Positions 8,990 to 17,817 of a DNA stretch of 64,000 nucleotides are shown piece after piece. The notes beneath the pieces are model-generated. The model searched no databases, was not told the DNA's origin, and was given only the letters and a program-made list of their open reading frames with translations. A program made the position numbers and the translations under genes. Source of the stretch: Dehalococcoidia bacterium (GTDB lineage Bacteria; Chloroflexota; Dehalococcoidia; UBA2979); NCBI GenBank assembly GCA_029246995.1, contig JAQWMB010000027.1, positions 40,922 through 104,921 on the forward strand, given 5' to 3'. Each line of letters begins with the position of its first letter. Within the stretch, counting starts at the first letter, position 1.

Positions 8990-10513
8990 CTAATCGAGAC
9001 GAATTATTCTCTCGTCATCCATTACAGCAAATAAGCTGTCTCCAATAATCGTCATTTGATTAATGAAACCATTCTTAATTGCCATTTTTTCTTTCTCGTT
9101 TCCAGATGACATATCAATTAAGACTAAATCTCCATCAATACCCATAACAAGACCAGATTTTGTAATAATAGGATCAGTCACTTCAGTATTGTAATCTTTT
9201 TCCCAATTCAATATTCCTGTTTCTTTATCAATTGCTTTAATAGTGCCATCATAATGAACTGAAAAAATTGTTTGCTTATTGATAGCAGGCATTTTTAAAT
9301 GAATGATATTACTTCTTAAATTCCCTTTGCCAGCAGAGAGTATCCAATTATTTTCATCTCGAGGGATTGGTGGTGCCATGCCCCAAATAGTTAGTTGGCC
9401 CCAAAGTCCTCGTAATACTGGCACTTTATCCCACCATCTTCCTTGAGCATTTATGTTGATCGAAGCAATTTCATTTTTGCTGAATGTAAAGAAAGTATCA
9501 TTTTCAATATAAGTATGCTCGAGCCAACTTGTTCGATGAACATGGCGTAATTCACCAGTCTGTCTATCTATATTTTTAACAGCACTTGTAGTACCAAGTA
9601 TTAACATTTCACCCTTTGCACTAACTGCAGTTGCAGGATATTCACCAAGACTTTTGACTGGAGCATTAGAAGAGCCAAATATTTTACTCATGATTGATTC
9701 GAGAAATGAGTTCTTCCCAAGCTTTTTTGACCACAGTGTTTCTCCATTTTGTATGTCAATAACAAAAATACTATACAAGGAATTTGCATAAAGCATGCCA
9801 TCTACTATATCTATACCTGTTAAGAATACTTCTTCTGCATTATTCTCCCAAAGCACTCTACCAGTTGAGAGTTCAATTGAAGATATTGTTCCATCTCTTT
9901 GTGCAAAAAATAATCTATTGTCTATAATTATTGGAGTGCTATCTAATAATCCAGATATTTTTTTTGACCAAACTAAAGCGCCTGTTTCTGTTGAAATCAC
10001 TTGTATTTGGCCATTCACTAGACCATAGAATATGTATTTTTCATTGCCAATTAGGTTTGTTGATAGACCTTTCATGTCATAAAGTGCAGGCAGGTCTAAG
10101 GTGTGTGCCCAAGTTATCTTAGACGGTATTGTAAAATTTTGTGTAGTATTTCTAACTCCTAGAGTGCCACCATATTCAGTGGGCCAAGCTAAATTAGTAT
10201 TATTGATTTGAGTTTGAGTGGATCCAACTGGTAATGCCGGCAATAGACGATATTTTTGTATATATATAATATTTCCGAATATAAAGATTATTGCGTAGAT
10301 TGAGATCAATACAATACTAATCAATCTTCTTTTAAGATAGCTTGTTTGATTTTCTAATCTGGTATTACTATCAACAAAAATTTGATTAGTGTCATTTATG
10401 TCTTTAGAAAGTAATGGTTCGCTGCGTAGGTTGTATAGGCATTTACGACATATAAGTGATTCTTCTTGAGCTTCAGTTGAACATTTAGGGCAAAGTTTAT
10501 AGTGGTTATTCAT
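8990..10513 (-). CDS. zinc-ribbon / single-TM / PQQ-like (BamB-type) beta-propeller repeat protein
   Basis: N-terminal CPKC...CRKC, then the TM segment LISIVLISIYAIIFIFGNIIYI. Repeated propeller blades follow (STGRVLWENN, IQNGETLWSKKLG, KETGILNWEKDY). Confidence 0.75.
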   Translation of the reverse strand: MNNHYKLCPKCSTEAQEESLICRKCLYNLRSEPLLSKDINDTNQIFVDSNTRLENQTSYLKRRLISIVLISIYAIIFIFGNIIYIQKYRLLPALPVGSTQTQINNTNLAWPTEYGGTLGVRNTTQNFTIPSKITWAHTLDLPALYDMKGLSTNLIGNEKYIFYGLVNGQIQVISTETGALVWSKKISGLLDSTPIIIDNRLFFAQRDGTISSIELSTGRVLWENNAEEVFLTGIDIVDGMLYANSLYSIFVIDIQNGETLWSKKLGKNSFLESIMSKIFGSSNAPVKSLGEYPATAVSAKGEMLILGTTSAVKNIDRQTGELRHVHRTSWLEHTYIENDTFFTFSKNEIASININAQGRWWDKVPVLRGLWGQLTIWGMAPPIPRDENNWILSAGKGNLRSNIIHLKMPAINKQTIFSVHYDGTIKAIDKETGILNWEKDYNTEVTDPIITKSGLVMGIDGDLVLIDMSSGNEKEKMAIKNGFINQMTIIGDSLFAVMDDERIIRLD

Positions 10514-11349
10514 TGTCGTGATTTTGGTTTCGATTTTTTAATTTTTTTCATATGTTCTTGGTCATGAAATTTTGGTTTTCTTTTATCTCTTAATGCAAGT
10601 AATGCTTCCTTGTGCTCAATAGATTTCCGTGCACTAGAAAAGTTGTCTATTGATCTTGTTGCAATTTCTTTAATATCACTTGTGCTCATATCTTGAAAAG
10701 TCATTTGTTTTATTGTTTTTAAAGTGTTGATTGGATTTTCAGCAACTCTACTAGCGATATTGATTGCTGCATCAATAAGTTTGTCTGGTTCATAAGTTCT
10801 AGAAACTAATCCAAGTTCGAGAGCATCCTGCGCAGTATAGATGTCTCCAGTTAACATCATTTCTTTTGCTTTCTGTAAACCAATCAGCTTAGGTAGCAAC
10901 CATGAACTATCAAGTTCAGGCGTTAAACCTAGTTTCGAAAACCTCATTGAAAATTTTGCCTCTGTAGAGGCTAAGTTAAAATCAAACCAAAAGGTGCAAG
11001 TTAAACCTGCTCCTAATGCCAAGCCATTAATAGCTCCAATAATTGGCTTACTTGTTGTCATTCTTTTTGCTTCAAAAGCTATTGGTTGATATTTTTCCCA
11101 ATACTCTTTAACTTTTTTATCTCCTTTAGATGCAGATGCAAATTCACCAACATCTGCCCCTGAGCTGAAAGCCTTGCCTTTACCAGTACATACCATTGCT
11201 CCAATTGTTTTATCTTTATTTACTACATCAAGTAGTTCTATCCATTCTTTAAAAAATAAACCATTAAATGCATTTAGTTTTTCAGGTCGATTCCACGATG
11301 CTAGTAACACACGGTCATGTCTTTCAATTGAAATGGTTTCATATTTCAT
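10510..11349 (-). CDS. enoyl-CoA hydratase/isomerase (crotonase family) with a Lys-rich C-terminal tail
   Basis: GKGKAFSSGADVGEF and GAINGLALGAGL crotonase motifs. The stop overlaps the start of the downstream propeller gene (ATGA). Confidence 0.9.
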   Translation of the reverse strand: MKYETISIERHDRVLLASWNRPEKLNAFNGLFFKEWIELLDVVNKDKTIGAMVCTGKGKAFSSGADVGEFASASKGDKKVKEYWEKYQPIAFEAKRMTTSKPIIGAINGLALGAGLTCTFWFDFNLASTEAKFSMRFSKLGLTPELDSSWLLPKLIGLQKAKEMMLTGDIYTAQDALELGLVSRTYEPDKLIDAAINIASRVAENPINTLKTIKQMTFQDMSTSDIKEIATRSIDNFSSARKSIEHKEALLALRDKRKPKFHDQEHMKKIKKSKPKSRQ

Positions 11350-11411
11350 AAAAAATCCTATTTTATGCTAAAATATAATATAGCATAACTAAAATTGTAT
11401 AGAGGCTTTAA

Positions 11412-11900
11412 ATGAACAAAGATGATATAGACAAGGCTATCAATGCCTTAGACAAAGCAAAAGGCGAATGGTATCGCGAAAGAACCTCGTTTCCTGTGGA
11501 TTTTTCTGATATAAGAAGGTGGGCTATAGGAGTCTATTGGCCTGAGAGCCCTCCAAAGATTTTTGTTAATCAAGATTATGCCAAAAAAACTAGATGGGGT
11601 AAAATTATTGCACCGAGAGAATTTAATCCTTTTGCATGGCCAGTTACAGCAAATGAATCTAATGGAGGGCTTGATATTGGCTTAATACCTCATTTAAGAA
11701 GCATGGCTGGTGGGACAAATGATATTTATGGCACTCAGATTTATATTGGGAATGTTATTACAGAGCGCAGCAGAGTCAGTGAGTATAAATTGACAAACAC
11801 AAGACTTGGCCAAACCTTGTTTGTTATTAATGAGTCTGAATGGGTAAATCAAGATAAAGAACTTGTTAGAACACGATTTTCTACTGGAGTAAGATATTAA
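11412..11900 (+). CDS. MaoC_dehydrat_N-type hot-dog protein (second copy)
   Basis: FSDIRRWAIGVYWPESPPKIF...KIIAPREF resembles the N-terminal-half MaoC family. It is immediately followed (TAA ATG) by a MaoC-like gene. Confidence 0.65.
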   Translation: MNKDDIDKAINALDKAKGEWYRERTSFPVDFSDIRRWAIGVYWPESPPKIFVNQDYAKKTRWGKIIAPREFNPFAWPVTANESNGGLDIGLIPHLRSMAGGTNDIYGTQIYIGNVITERSRVSEYKLTNTRLGQTLFVINESEWVNQDKELVRTRFSTGVRY

Positions 11901-12326
11901 ATGAAAAGCAGTTTTAATGATTTTGAAGTTGGTGATACATCCCCAAAATGGGAACGGGTTACTGGTCCAATGGAATGGAATCGTTTTGCTGCAGCCAATG
12001 ATGAATTTTATTTGGTACATATGGATGATCAGGTTGCTATTGATGCTGAAAATCCTGAAGGAATGTTTGGAATGGGACAAATGCGACTTTCATATATTCA
12101 CAATGCAATTCGTGATTGGCTGGGTGATGCAATTGAAGTTATTCAAGTTTCTTGTAGGTACACAGCCATTAATCAAAAAAATGATACTTTATCAACTACG
12201 TTAAAAGTTATTGAAAAAATCATAAATGAAGAAGATGAAAGAATTCTTAAACTTGAAGTTGATGTTATGAGACAAGATGGCACATCAACTACCCCAGGTT
12301 TTGCACTAGTAAAATTATTAAAATAG
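11901..12326 (+). CDS. MaoC-like acyl dehydratase hot-dog subunit (second copy, divergent active-site motif)
   Basis: 141 aa single hot-dog. FAAANDEFYLVHMDDQVA sits at the position of the hydratase motif. Paired like 8015/8545. Confidence 0.65.
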   Translation: MKSSFNDFEVGDTSPKWERVTGPMEWNRFAAANDEFYLVHMDDQVAIDAENPEGMFGMGQMRLSYIHNAIRDWLGDAIEVIQVSCRYTAINQKNDTLSTTLKVIEKIINEEDERILKLEVDVMRQDGTSTTPGFALVKLLK

Positions 12327-12328
12327 CT

Positions 12329-13384
12329 TTAACTGATTAACTTTTCAAGTAATTCACCTGCAACTTTAGGGTCACCTTTTGGCATGTATATAATTTGTAA
12401 ATCAGCACCATTATCAGAACGTTTCTGCAGTTTGTCTCTAATTTGTTCTACTGTGCCAATGACTTGAATCTCTTCGACCATTTCATTAGATATTGATTGA
12501 ATGGCTTTTTCTTTGTCTTTTTTTGAAAATGCTTCTCGTGAAGCTTGGACTTCTTTTTCCCATCCTGTTCGAGTCATCATTTCATGGTAAAAGTTTCCCA
12601 TTCTATTAATGTACATTTCTAATGGCCTTCTTGCTTCATCCCAAATTGCATTATCATTATCACCATCTAGGATAAATAAATGACTATGCGGCGCTACTGT
12701 AATTTCATTAACATCTCTATTAATTTTTCTTGCACCTACATTAAGTTGTTCTTTTAATTCGTACATTCTTGAGCTTGGCCAATGTACTGGCATAATACCA
12801 TCTGCAATTTCACCAGATTGTTCTAAGGACTTTGGAGTCAACGAAGCAATCCAGACTGGAACGTGATCGCGTGGCCTATCATATCGTAGTGAGAATCCTT
12901 GAGTTAGATTATAAATTTCTCCTTCATAGAAAAGCTTTTCTCCACTTATAAGTATATTAAAAATTTCAGTATATTCTTTTAATCGTCTCAAAGGTTTTTT
13001 AAACGGAATGCCGTGATAATTTTCGACTACTGCAGCACTTGAACTGCCAATACCTAGAATCATTCTTCCTTCAGAAATTATTTCTAACGTAGCGTAATCT
13101 TGTGCAAGGGCAGCGGGGGAACGAGAATATGAATTAATAATTGAAGTACCTATTTGAATTTTATTTGTATGTTCTGCAATTAGCGATAACCATGGTACGG
13201 CTGATAATTGCCAAGATTCAGGCACAACAACGCATTCATAGCCAAGATCTTCAGCTATTTTTATTTTTTCTATAGATGTTTGCCAGTTTTCAGAAATGGC
13301 TATATCACTTCTACTACCTGGAACCGAAGTGGCGAGTGCTTTTTTTTCTGTTGAGACCATTCCGGTTAATATTCCTAAGCGCAT
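12329..13384 (-). CDS. LLM-class (luciferase-like) flavin/F420-dependent oxidoreductase
   Basis: 351 aa. The pattern MRLGI...DLGYECVVVPESW...LGIGSS...RL.EY.EI is typical of luciferase-like TIM-barrel oxidoreductases. Cofactor cannot be decided from sequence. Confidence 0.7.
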   Translation of the reverse strand: MRLGILTGMVSTEKKALATSVPGSRSDIAISENWQTSIEKIKIAEDLGYECVVVPESWQLSAVPWLSLIAEHTNKIQIGTSIINSYSRSPAALAQDYATLEIISEGRMILGIGSSSAAVVENYHGIPFKKPLRRLKEYTEIFNILISGEKLFYEGEIYNLTQGFSLRYDRPRDHVPVWIASLTPKSLEQSGEIADGIMPVHWPSSRMYELKEQLNVGARKINRDVNEITVAPHSHLFILDGDNDNAIWDEARRPLEMYINRMGNFYHEMMTRTGWEKEVQASREAFSKKDKEKAIQSISNEMVEEIQVIGTVEQIRDKLQKRSDNGADLQIIYMPKGDPKVAGELLEKLIS

Positions 13385-13394
13385 TTTTTTTCCT

Positions 13395-14717
13395 TTAATA
13401 AATTTTACTTATTCCAGCAATCCCAGTATTGAATTCTGCAAAAGCATCAACAGTAATGACTTGATCTACTATCGTTGCATTGGGAAATTGTATAACAATT
13501 TTACCTATTGCTCTTGTATCAGGCAATAAAGTTGGATTAATCTTTATAACTATTTCAGATCTTTTTTTACAACTTTCAACTATACAACTCACATTTTTTC
13601 CTAATGCTACTCCAGCAGGAACATCGAGTACAATCCAAGGAAATGTTGTGTACGCATTCCAAGCAAGAAGACCTGAGCCAGTATTATCAATTGTGATTAA
13701 GCTTGCATTATTATTTTTTATATTAGTCTGTATTGTTACTTTGTCTTTAGATAATAAAGCTTTTGGCAATCCTAGTAATTTATTACTGTGTGTCTTTGAT
13801 AGATTGATTGGTTCTGCGAAGTGAATTGGTTGAGGGGAAGGAATATCCATTTGATTATAAGGATATCGAAAATTTGATATGGATAAATTTTGCCCAATAA
13901 TTGGATTGGACAAATTTGGTAAAGAGATATTCACAGATTGCCATAATTTCTTACCAGTTACAGATGGAGGACTTTTCATACATCCCCATATAAGTTCTTG
14001 ATAAGGGAACATGTTTTTTGGATATCTGCCATCGCATGTATATGATGGTCTTGGCCAAGTATTAAAAATTGGATCTAACGGATGATTTGACTTATTAGTT
14101 CCTGGGCCACTGAATCCATTATAACTCCATACTGCAAAATACCAATTTTCTAAAATTTCTGGGTTTGAGTCAGTATCAGTTCCTACTATAGGCCTACTTT
14201 GGGGAGCTTGATTCCATTTACTTGCTAATAATTTTGCTCCTTCTGCAATATTGTATGCTGGATGAGTGGCAATCAATACTTGAGCAGGACTAACAACTTT
14301 TCCATCTCGGGGTTTTTCCATCCCCGTAGTAATTTGCATAATACCATAGCCGCAATCGAATGCAACTAATGCAGGGCCTTTTGAGTTATATGCAACTTGA
14401 GCTGTTGCCATTAGCAATTCTGATTCAATCCATGCAATTGATTTAAGGATTTGGGCTGGAACCTTTGCTTCAACTTCACGACGATTTGTCCTGGTTCCAG
14501 ATTCTCCAGTTGGTAAGTTAAAATAAGAATCTTGATTGAATAAACTATTTGATGCAGCGTTATCTATAAGATTGAGATAGGAAAGTCTATTTTTATCAGC
14601 TTCATAAGTATGAGGATTATTTAAAAAAGCACATGCAGAAACTTTTATTGTTTGAAAATTGAAAAGAAATCCAGTTATTATCGATAACAGAATTATTCTT
14701 TTAAGAAGATTATTCAT
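13395..14717 (-). CDS. lipoprotein with lytic-transglycosylase (SLT)-like domain and a C-terminal beta-rich (BACON/Ig-like?) domain
   Basis: Signal peptide with lipobox KVSAC. SLT family-1-like motif series AWIESE, GYGIMQIT, AYNIAEGAKLL and WSYNGFSG. The C-terminal ITIDNTGSGLLAWNAYTTFPWIVLD resembles a carbohydrate-associated Ig-like module. Confidence 0.6.
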   Translation of the reverse strand: MNNLLKRIILLSIITGFLFNFQTIKVSACAFLNNPHTYEADKNRLSYLNLIDNAASNSLFNQDSYFNLPTGESGTRTNRREVEAKVPAQILKSIAWIESELLMATAQVAYNSKGPALVAFDCGYGIMQITTGMEKPRDGKVVSPAQVLIATHPAYNIAEGAKLLASKWNQAPQSRPIVGTDTDSNPEILENWYFAVWSYNGFSGPGTNKSNHPLDPIFNTWPRPSYTCDGRYPKNMFPYQELIWGCMKSPPSVTGKKLWQSVNISLPNLSNPIIGQNLSISNFRYPYNQMDIPSPQPIHFAEPINLSKTHSNKLLGLPKALLSKDKVTIQTNIKNNNASLITIDNTGSGLLAWNAYTTFPWIVLDVPAGVALGKNVSCIVESCKKRSEIVIKINPTLLPDTRAIGKIVIQFPNATIVDQVITVDAFAEFNTGIAGISKIY

Positions 14718-15879
14718 TTAGTTCCCACCATCCTGCATATATTATATATTTTTCAGAATCAAGGCCGAAACGTGTTTGAGTTGCAATGTTTAGGATGAAT
14801 ATTTTTTCTTCTGGGGATAAAGTAACATTGAAGTTTTTTGTTAATAAATATTGATTGGTATCATTGTATGCAATGGGCATTTCAATCCCATTTTCTAGAT
14901 TACTGACTGCTGCTATTTTTTTAGAAGTTAGTTCATATTTAGTGATTGGGTATAACGAATCCATTTTTGTTGTTGCGGTACCAAAGCTAATTGTTGAATT
15001 TTTTGATGACCATATCGGAGAGAAAAAACTAATTGAATTTGCATCATTTAATGAAGGTGCTCCTATTGCTAATAGTTCATTACTAATAGTCTGATTCAAA
15101 TTTACTTGGACGTGCATTTTAGAATCAATATCTAATAATTTTATTTTATTATTGGAACGATTTACTGTGATGTCTTGTTCTAAATAGAGCAATTTTTCTT
15201 TATTCGGTGAAATACTCCAATTCCTTGTAAAATTATTGGATAATTTTACAAATTGCTTTAATTTAGCTTGATCAACATACATCAAGTTACTTCCCTGATG
15301 ATCTTGATAGACTACAAATAAATTATCATTTTTTACAAATAGAGGGATAATTGGAACAGATTCATTAACAGAATAAATTATTTTTTTGATACTTTTTTTT
15401 AAATTGTAACTAATAATTCTTGTTTTTCCATTTACTGTGGATCGATATATTACATTTTGATTTACTTTATCAAAGATTGGTTTAATCATTAAATCAGCAT
15501 CATGGCCAATTGTAACTTTATTATTTGATATTAAATCGATGACAGCTATTTCTGCATTCTTTCTTGGATTATCAATTTGACGATTGTCATTTGGTATTGT
15601 GACAAACATAAGACTATCAGTAATATGTTGATTTGTATTTATGCTCCAATTAGGCAAATGTTCAATTTTTAAAATTTCTTTTTTTTGCGAAAGTTTTTTT
15701 GGATTAATTTGATAAATAATGTCATGAAACACATCATGCTCAATTGTTACTATGACGCTTTCCGTATGATGTGCATTTTCTTGGATGTTTAATTTTTGAA
15801 TGTACACTGTTGCCAGTAAAGTAACTGCAGATATTAAAATAAATATCATTAAAATAATTTTGTTTTTATTGAAAGACAT
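14710..15879 (-). CDS. exported/membrane-anchored hypothetical protein, beta-propeller-like (TolB/PD40-like?)
   Basis: N-terminal hydrophobic anchor IILMIFILISAVTLLATVYI. The remainder is beta-strand-rich and repetitive. 8-nt overlap with the downstream SLT-like gene. No confident family call. Confidence 0.55.
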   Translation of the reverse strand: MSFNKNKIILMIFILISAVTLLATVYIQKLNIQENAHHTESVIVTIEHDVFHDIIYQINPKKLSQKKEILKIEHLPNWSINTNQHITDSLMFVTIPNDNRQIDNPRKNAEIAVIDLISNNKVTIGHDADLMIKPIFDKVNQNVIYRSTVNGKTRIISYNLKKSIKKIIYSVNESVPIIPLFVKNDNLFVVYQDHQGSNLMYVDQAKLKQFVKLSNNFTRNWSISPNKEKLLYLEQDITVNRSNNKIKLLDIDSKMHVQVNLNQTISNELLAIGAPSLNDANSISFFSPIWSSKNSTISFGTATTKMDSLYPITKYELTSKKIAAVSNLENGIEMPIAYNDTNQYLLTKNFNVTLSPEEKIFILNIATQTRFGLDSEKYIIYAGWWELNE

Positions 15880-15971
15880 TTTAATTCACTTCGTTTAACT
15901 ATTAATTTTTTTATTTATAAAATGTACAGTATAGTTATTACATAATATACTTCTTTCAAAGGAGCGACAGT

Positions 15972-16733
15972 TTGTTTTTTGTTTATCTTTCAGTATTAAA
16001 AGATTCACCTTTGGCATTTATTATAATTATTTTAGCGTTATGCGCCTCTCTATTGCTTGGGTTAGTTTTACATGAATTAATCCATGGTTTTATAGCATTT
16101 CGTCTTGGCGATCCTACCGCTAAAAACCAAGGAAGACTGTCATTAAATCCTTTAGCTCACTTAGATCCTTTTGGCTCTGCATTAATTTTTTTTGTTGGCT
16201 TTGGTTGGGCAAAGCCAGTCCCTGTTAATCCTAATTATTTTAAGCACCCAATTAAGCATATGTCCTATGTGGCACTAGCTGGACCATTATCAAATATAGT
16301 CATTGCTGCTATTTTTTCTATTCCATTTATTCTTGGTATCATTGCTCCATCACATCCATTGGTTCCCCCTGATTATGCCAACATTATTATTGCTTTCTCT
16401 AAACAAAGTATTCCTAATTTAATAGGATTATTTTTTGGTACTATTGTTTTTGTTAATACGACATTAGCAGTTTTTAATTTAATTCCGATACCTCCATTAG
16501 ATGGATTTAAAGTTTTGCTTGGTTTTTTGCCAGATAGCTTTGCAATAAAAATGTTAAATTTAGAACAATGGGGTACGGGCATATTAATTTTATTAGTTTT
16601 ACTACCTTTTTTATCTGGTGGAACAGTTAGTCCTTTATGGTGGTTTATTTCTCCAATAAGAGATATTTTTATCAGTTTATTTGCTGACTCCATGAATGAT
16701 TGGTCATTTATGTTAAATGAACTAATTAAATAA
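15972..16733 (+). CDS. site-2 protease family (M50) zinc metalloprotease
   Basis: HELIHGFIA (HExxH) in a TM segment, with a second motif NLIPIPPLDG. TTG start 7 nt after AAGGAG. Confidence 0.85.
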   Translation: MFFVYLSVLKDSPLAFIIIILALCASLLLGLVLHELIHGFIAFRLGDPTAKNQGRLSLNPLAHLDPFGSALIFFVGFGWAKPVPVNPNYFKHPIKHMSYVALAGPLSNIVIAAIFSIPFILGIIAPSHPLVPPDYANIIIAFSKQSIPNLIGLFFGTIVFVNTTLAVFNLIPIPPLDGFKVLLGFLPDSFAIKMLNLEQWGTGILILLVLLPFLSGGTVSPLWWFISPIRDIFISLFADSMNDWSFMLNELIK

Positions 16734-16794
16734 TCAGTTTTTTAGATTGAATATTGATAGAATACTGATAGAAATATATTGATATGGGGTACAA

Positions 16795-17787
16795 ATGAAA
16801 ATTGGTATTATTGGAACTGGCTTAATTGGTGCATCTATTGGCTTAAGACTAAAATCGCATGGCGATAAAAATGTTTCTGTCCTAGGTTATGATATTGATC
16901 AAGGCAATATTAATTTATCTGAAAAGATAAAAGCAATTGATTCAAAAGTAAAATCTTTAAAAGAATTATTAATTGCTTCAGACTTAATCGTTATTGCGAT
17001 ACCAATTCTAGAAATAAAATCTCTTTTTGAGCAAATTACCGAAGAGGTTAATAAGAATAAAATTTCAAATATGATTATTACTGACACTTCCTCCACCAAA
17101 GATAAAATAATAGATTGGGCAGATGAAATTCTTCCTAAAAATATTGTTTTTATAGGAGGGCATCCAATGGCTGGCTCTACAGAAGTGGGTCCAAATTATT
17201 CTGATGCAAGCTTATTTGAAGGCTCGAGATGGGTGTTAACTCCTACAAAAAATACTCCTAAAAATGCAATTGATACTGTCTTGAGTTTAATAGAAGCAAT
17301 GGGCGCAGAATCAATGTTTATGGATGCTAAAGAACATGATTCTTACGCAGCAGCTGTTTCTCATATGCCTCTCTTTTTACAGTATGCATTATTTATTTTA
17401 ATGCGTAATTCAAATGCATGGGGCGAAATATCGATGCTTGCGTCAAGTGGATTTAAGAGTGCTACAAGACTTGCTGGTACCAATCCTTCTTTGGCATTTG
17501 ATATCAATGTAACTAATCGAGAAAATATTGCACATTGGCTAACAAGGTATATAGACGTTATTAATCAAGTTAAAGAATTGTTGGAAGATGAAAAATATGC
17601 TGAAGATTTTTTTCGATTTATTGGAACAGCAAATTTAGATTACCTAAAATTTGCAGATGGTGCTATTGGGCGCGAGCATTGGGGAGAGCCATTAACTGAT
17701 ATACCAGATTTCAATGCTTTTGATTTACTAATGGGCGGCATGTTAACTGATAAATTAAATAAGCTTGATTTCAATGATCGAAAATAA
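16795..17787 (+). CDS. tyrA: prephenate (or arogenate) dehydrogenase
   Basis: MKIGIIGTGLIGASIG Rossmann start, GGHPMAGS, SHMP motifs; located at the head of the aromatic cluster. Confidence 0.88.
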   Translation: MKIGIIGTGLIGASIGLRLKSHGDKNVSVLGYDIDQGNINLSEKIKAIDSKVKSLKELLIASDLIVIAIPILEIKSLFEQITEEVNKNKISNMIITDTSSTKDKIIDWADEILPKNIVFIGGHPMAGSTEVGPNYSDASLFEGSRWVLTPTKNTPKNAIDTVLSLIEAMGAESMFMDAKEHDSYAAAVSHMPLFLQYALFILMRNSNAWGEISMLASSGFKSATRLAGTNPSLAFDINVTNRENIAHWLTRYIDVINQVKELLEDEKYAEDFFRFIGTANLDYLKFADGAIGREHWGEPLTDIPDFNAFDLLMGGMLTDKLNKLDFNDRK

Positions 17788-17817
17788 GCGACTAAAACAC
17801 AATCATGAAAGTTTTTA

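Noticed and set aside
16755-16785. TAG-containing repeats upstream of tyrA considered as a TRAP (trp RNA-binding attenuation protein) site
   Set aside because: TRAP sites need 9-11 (G/U)AG triplets spaced by 2-3 nt. Here there are only three copies, 11-14 nt apart, and no mtrB-like gene.
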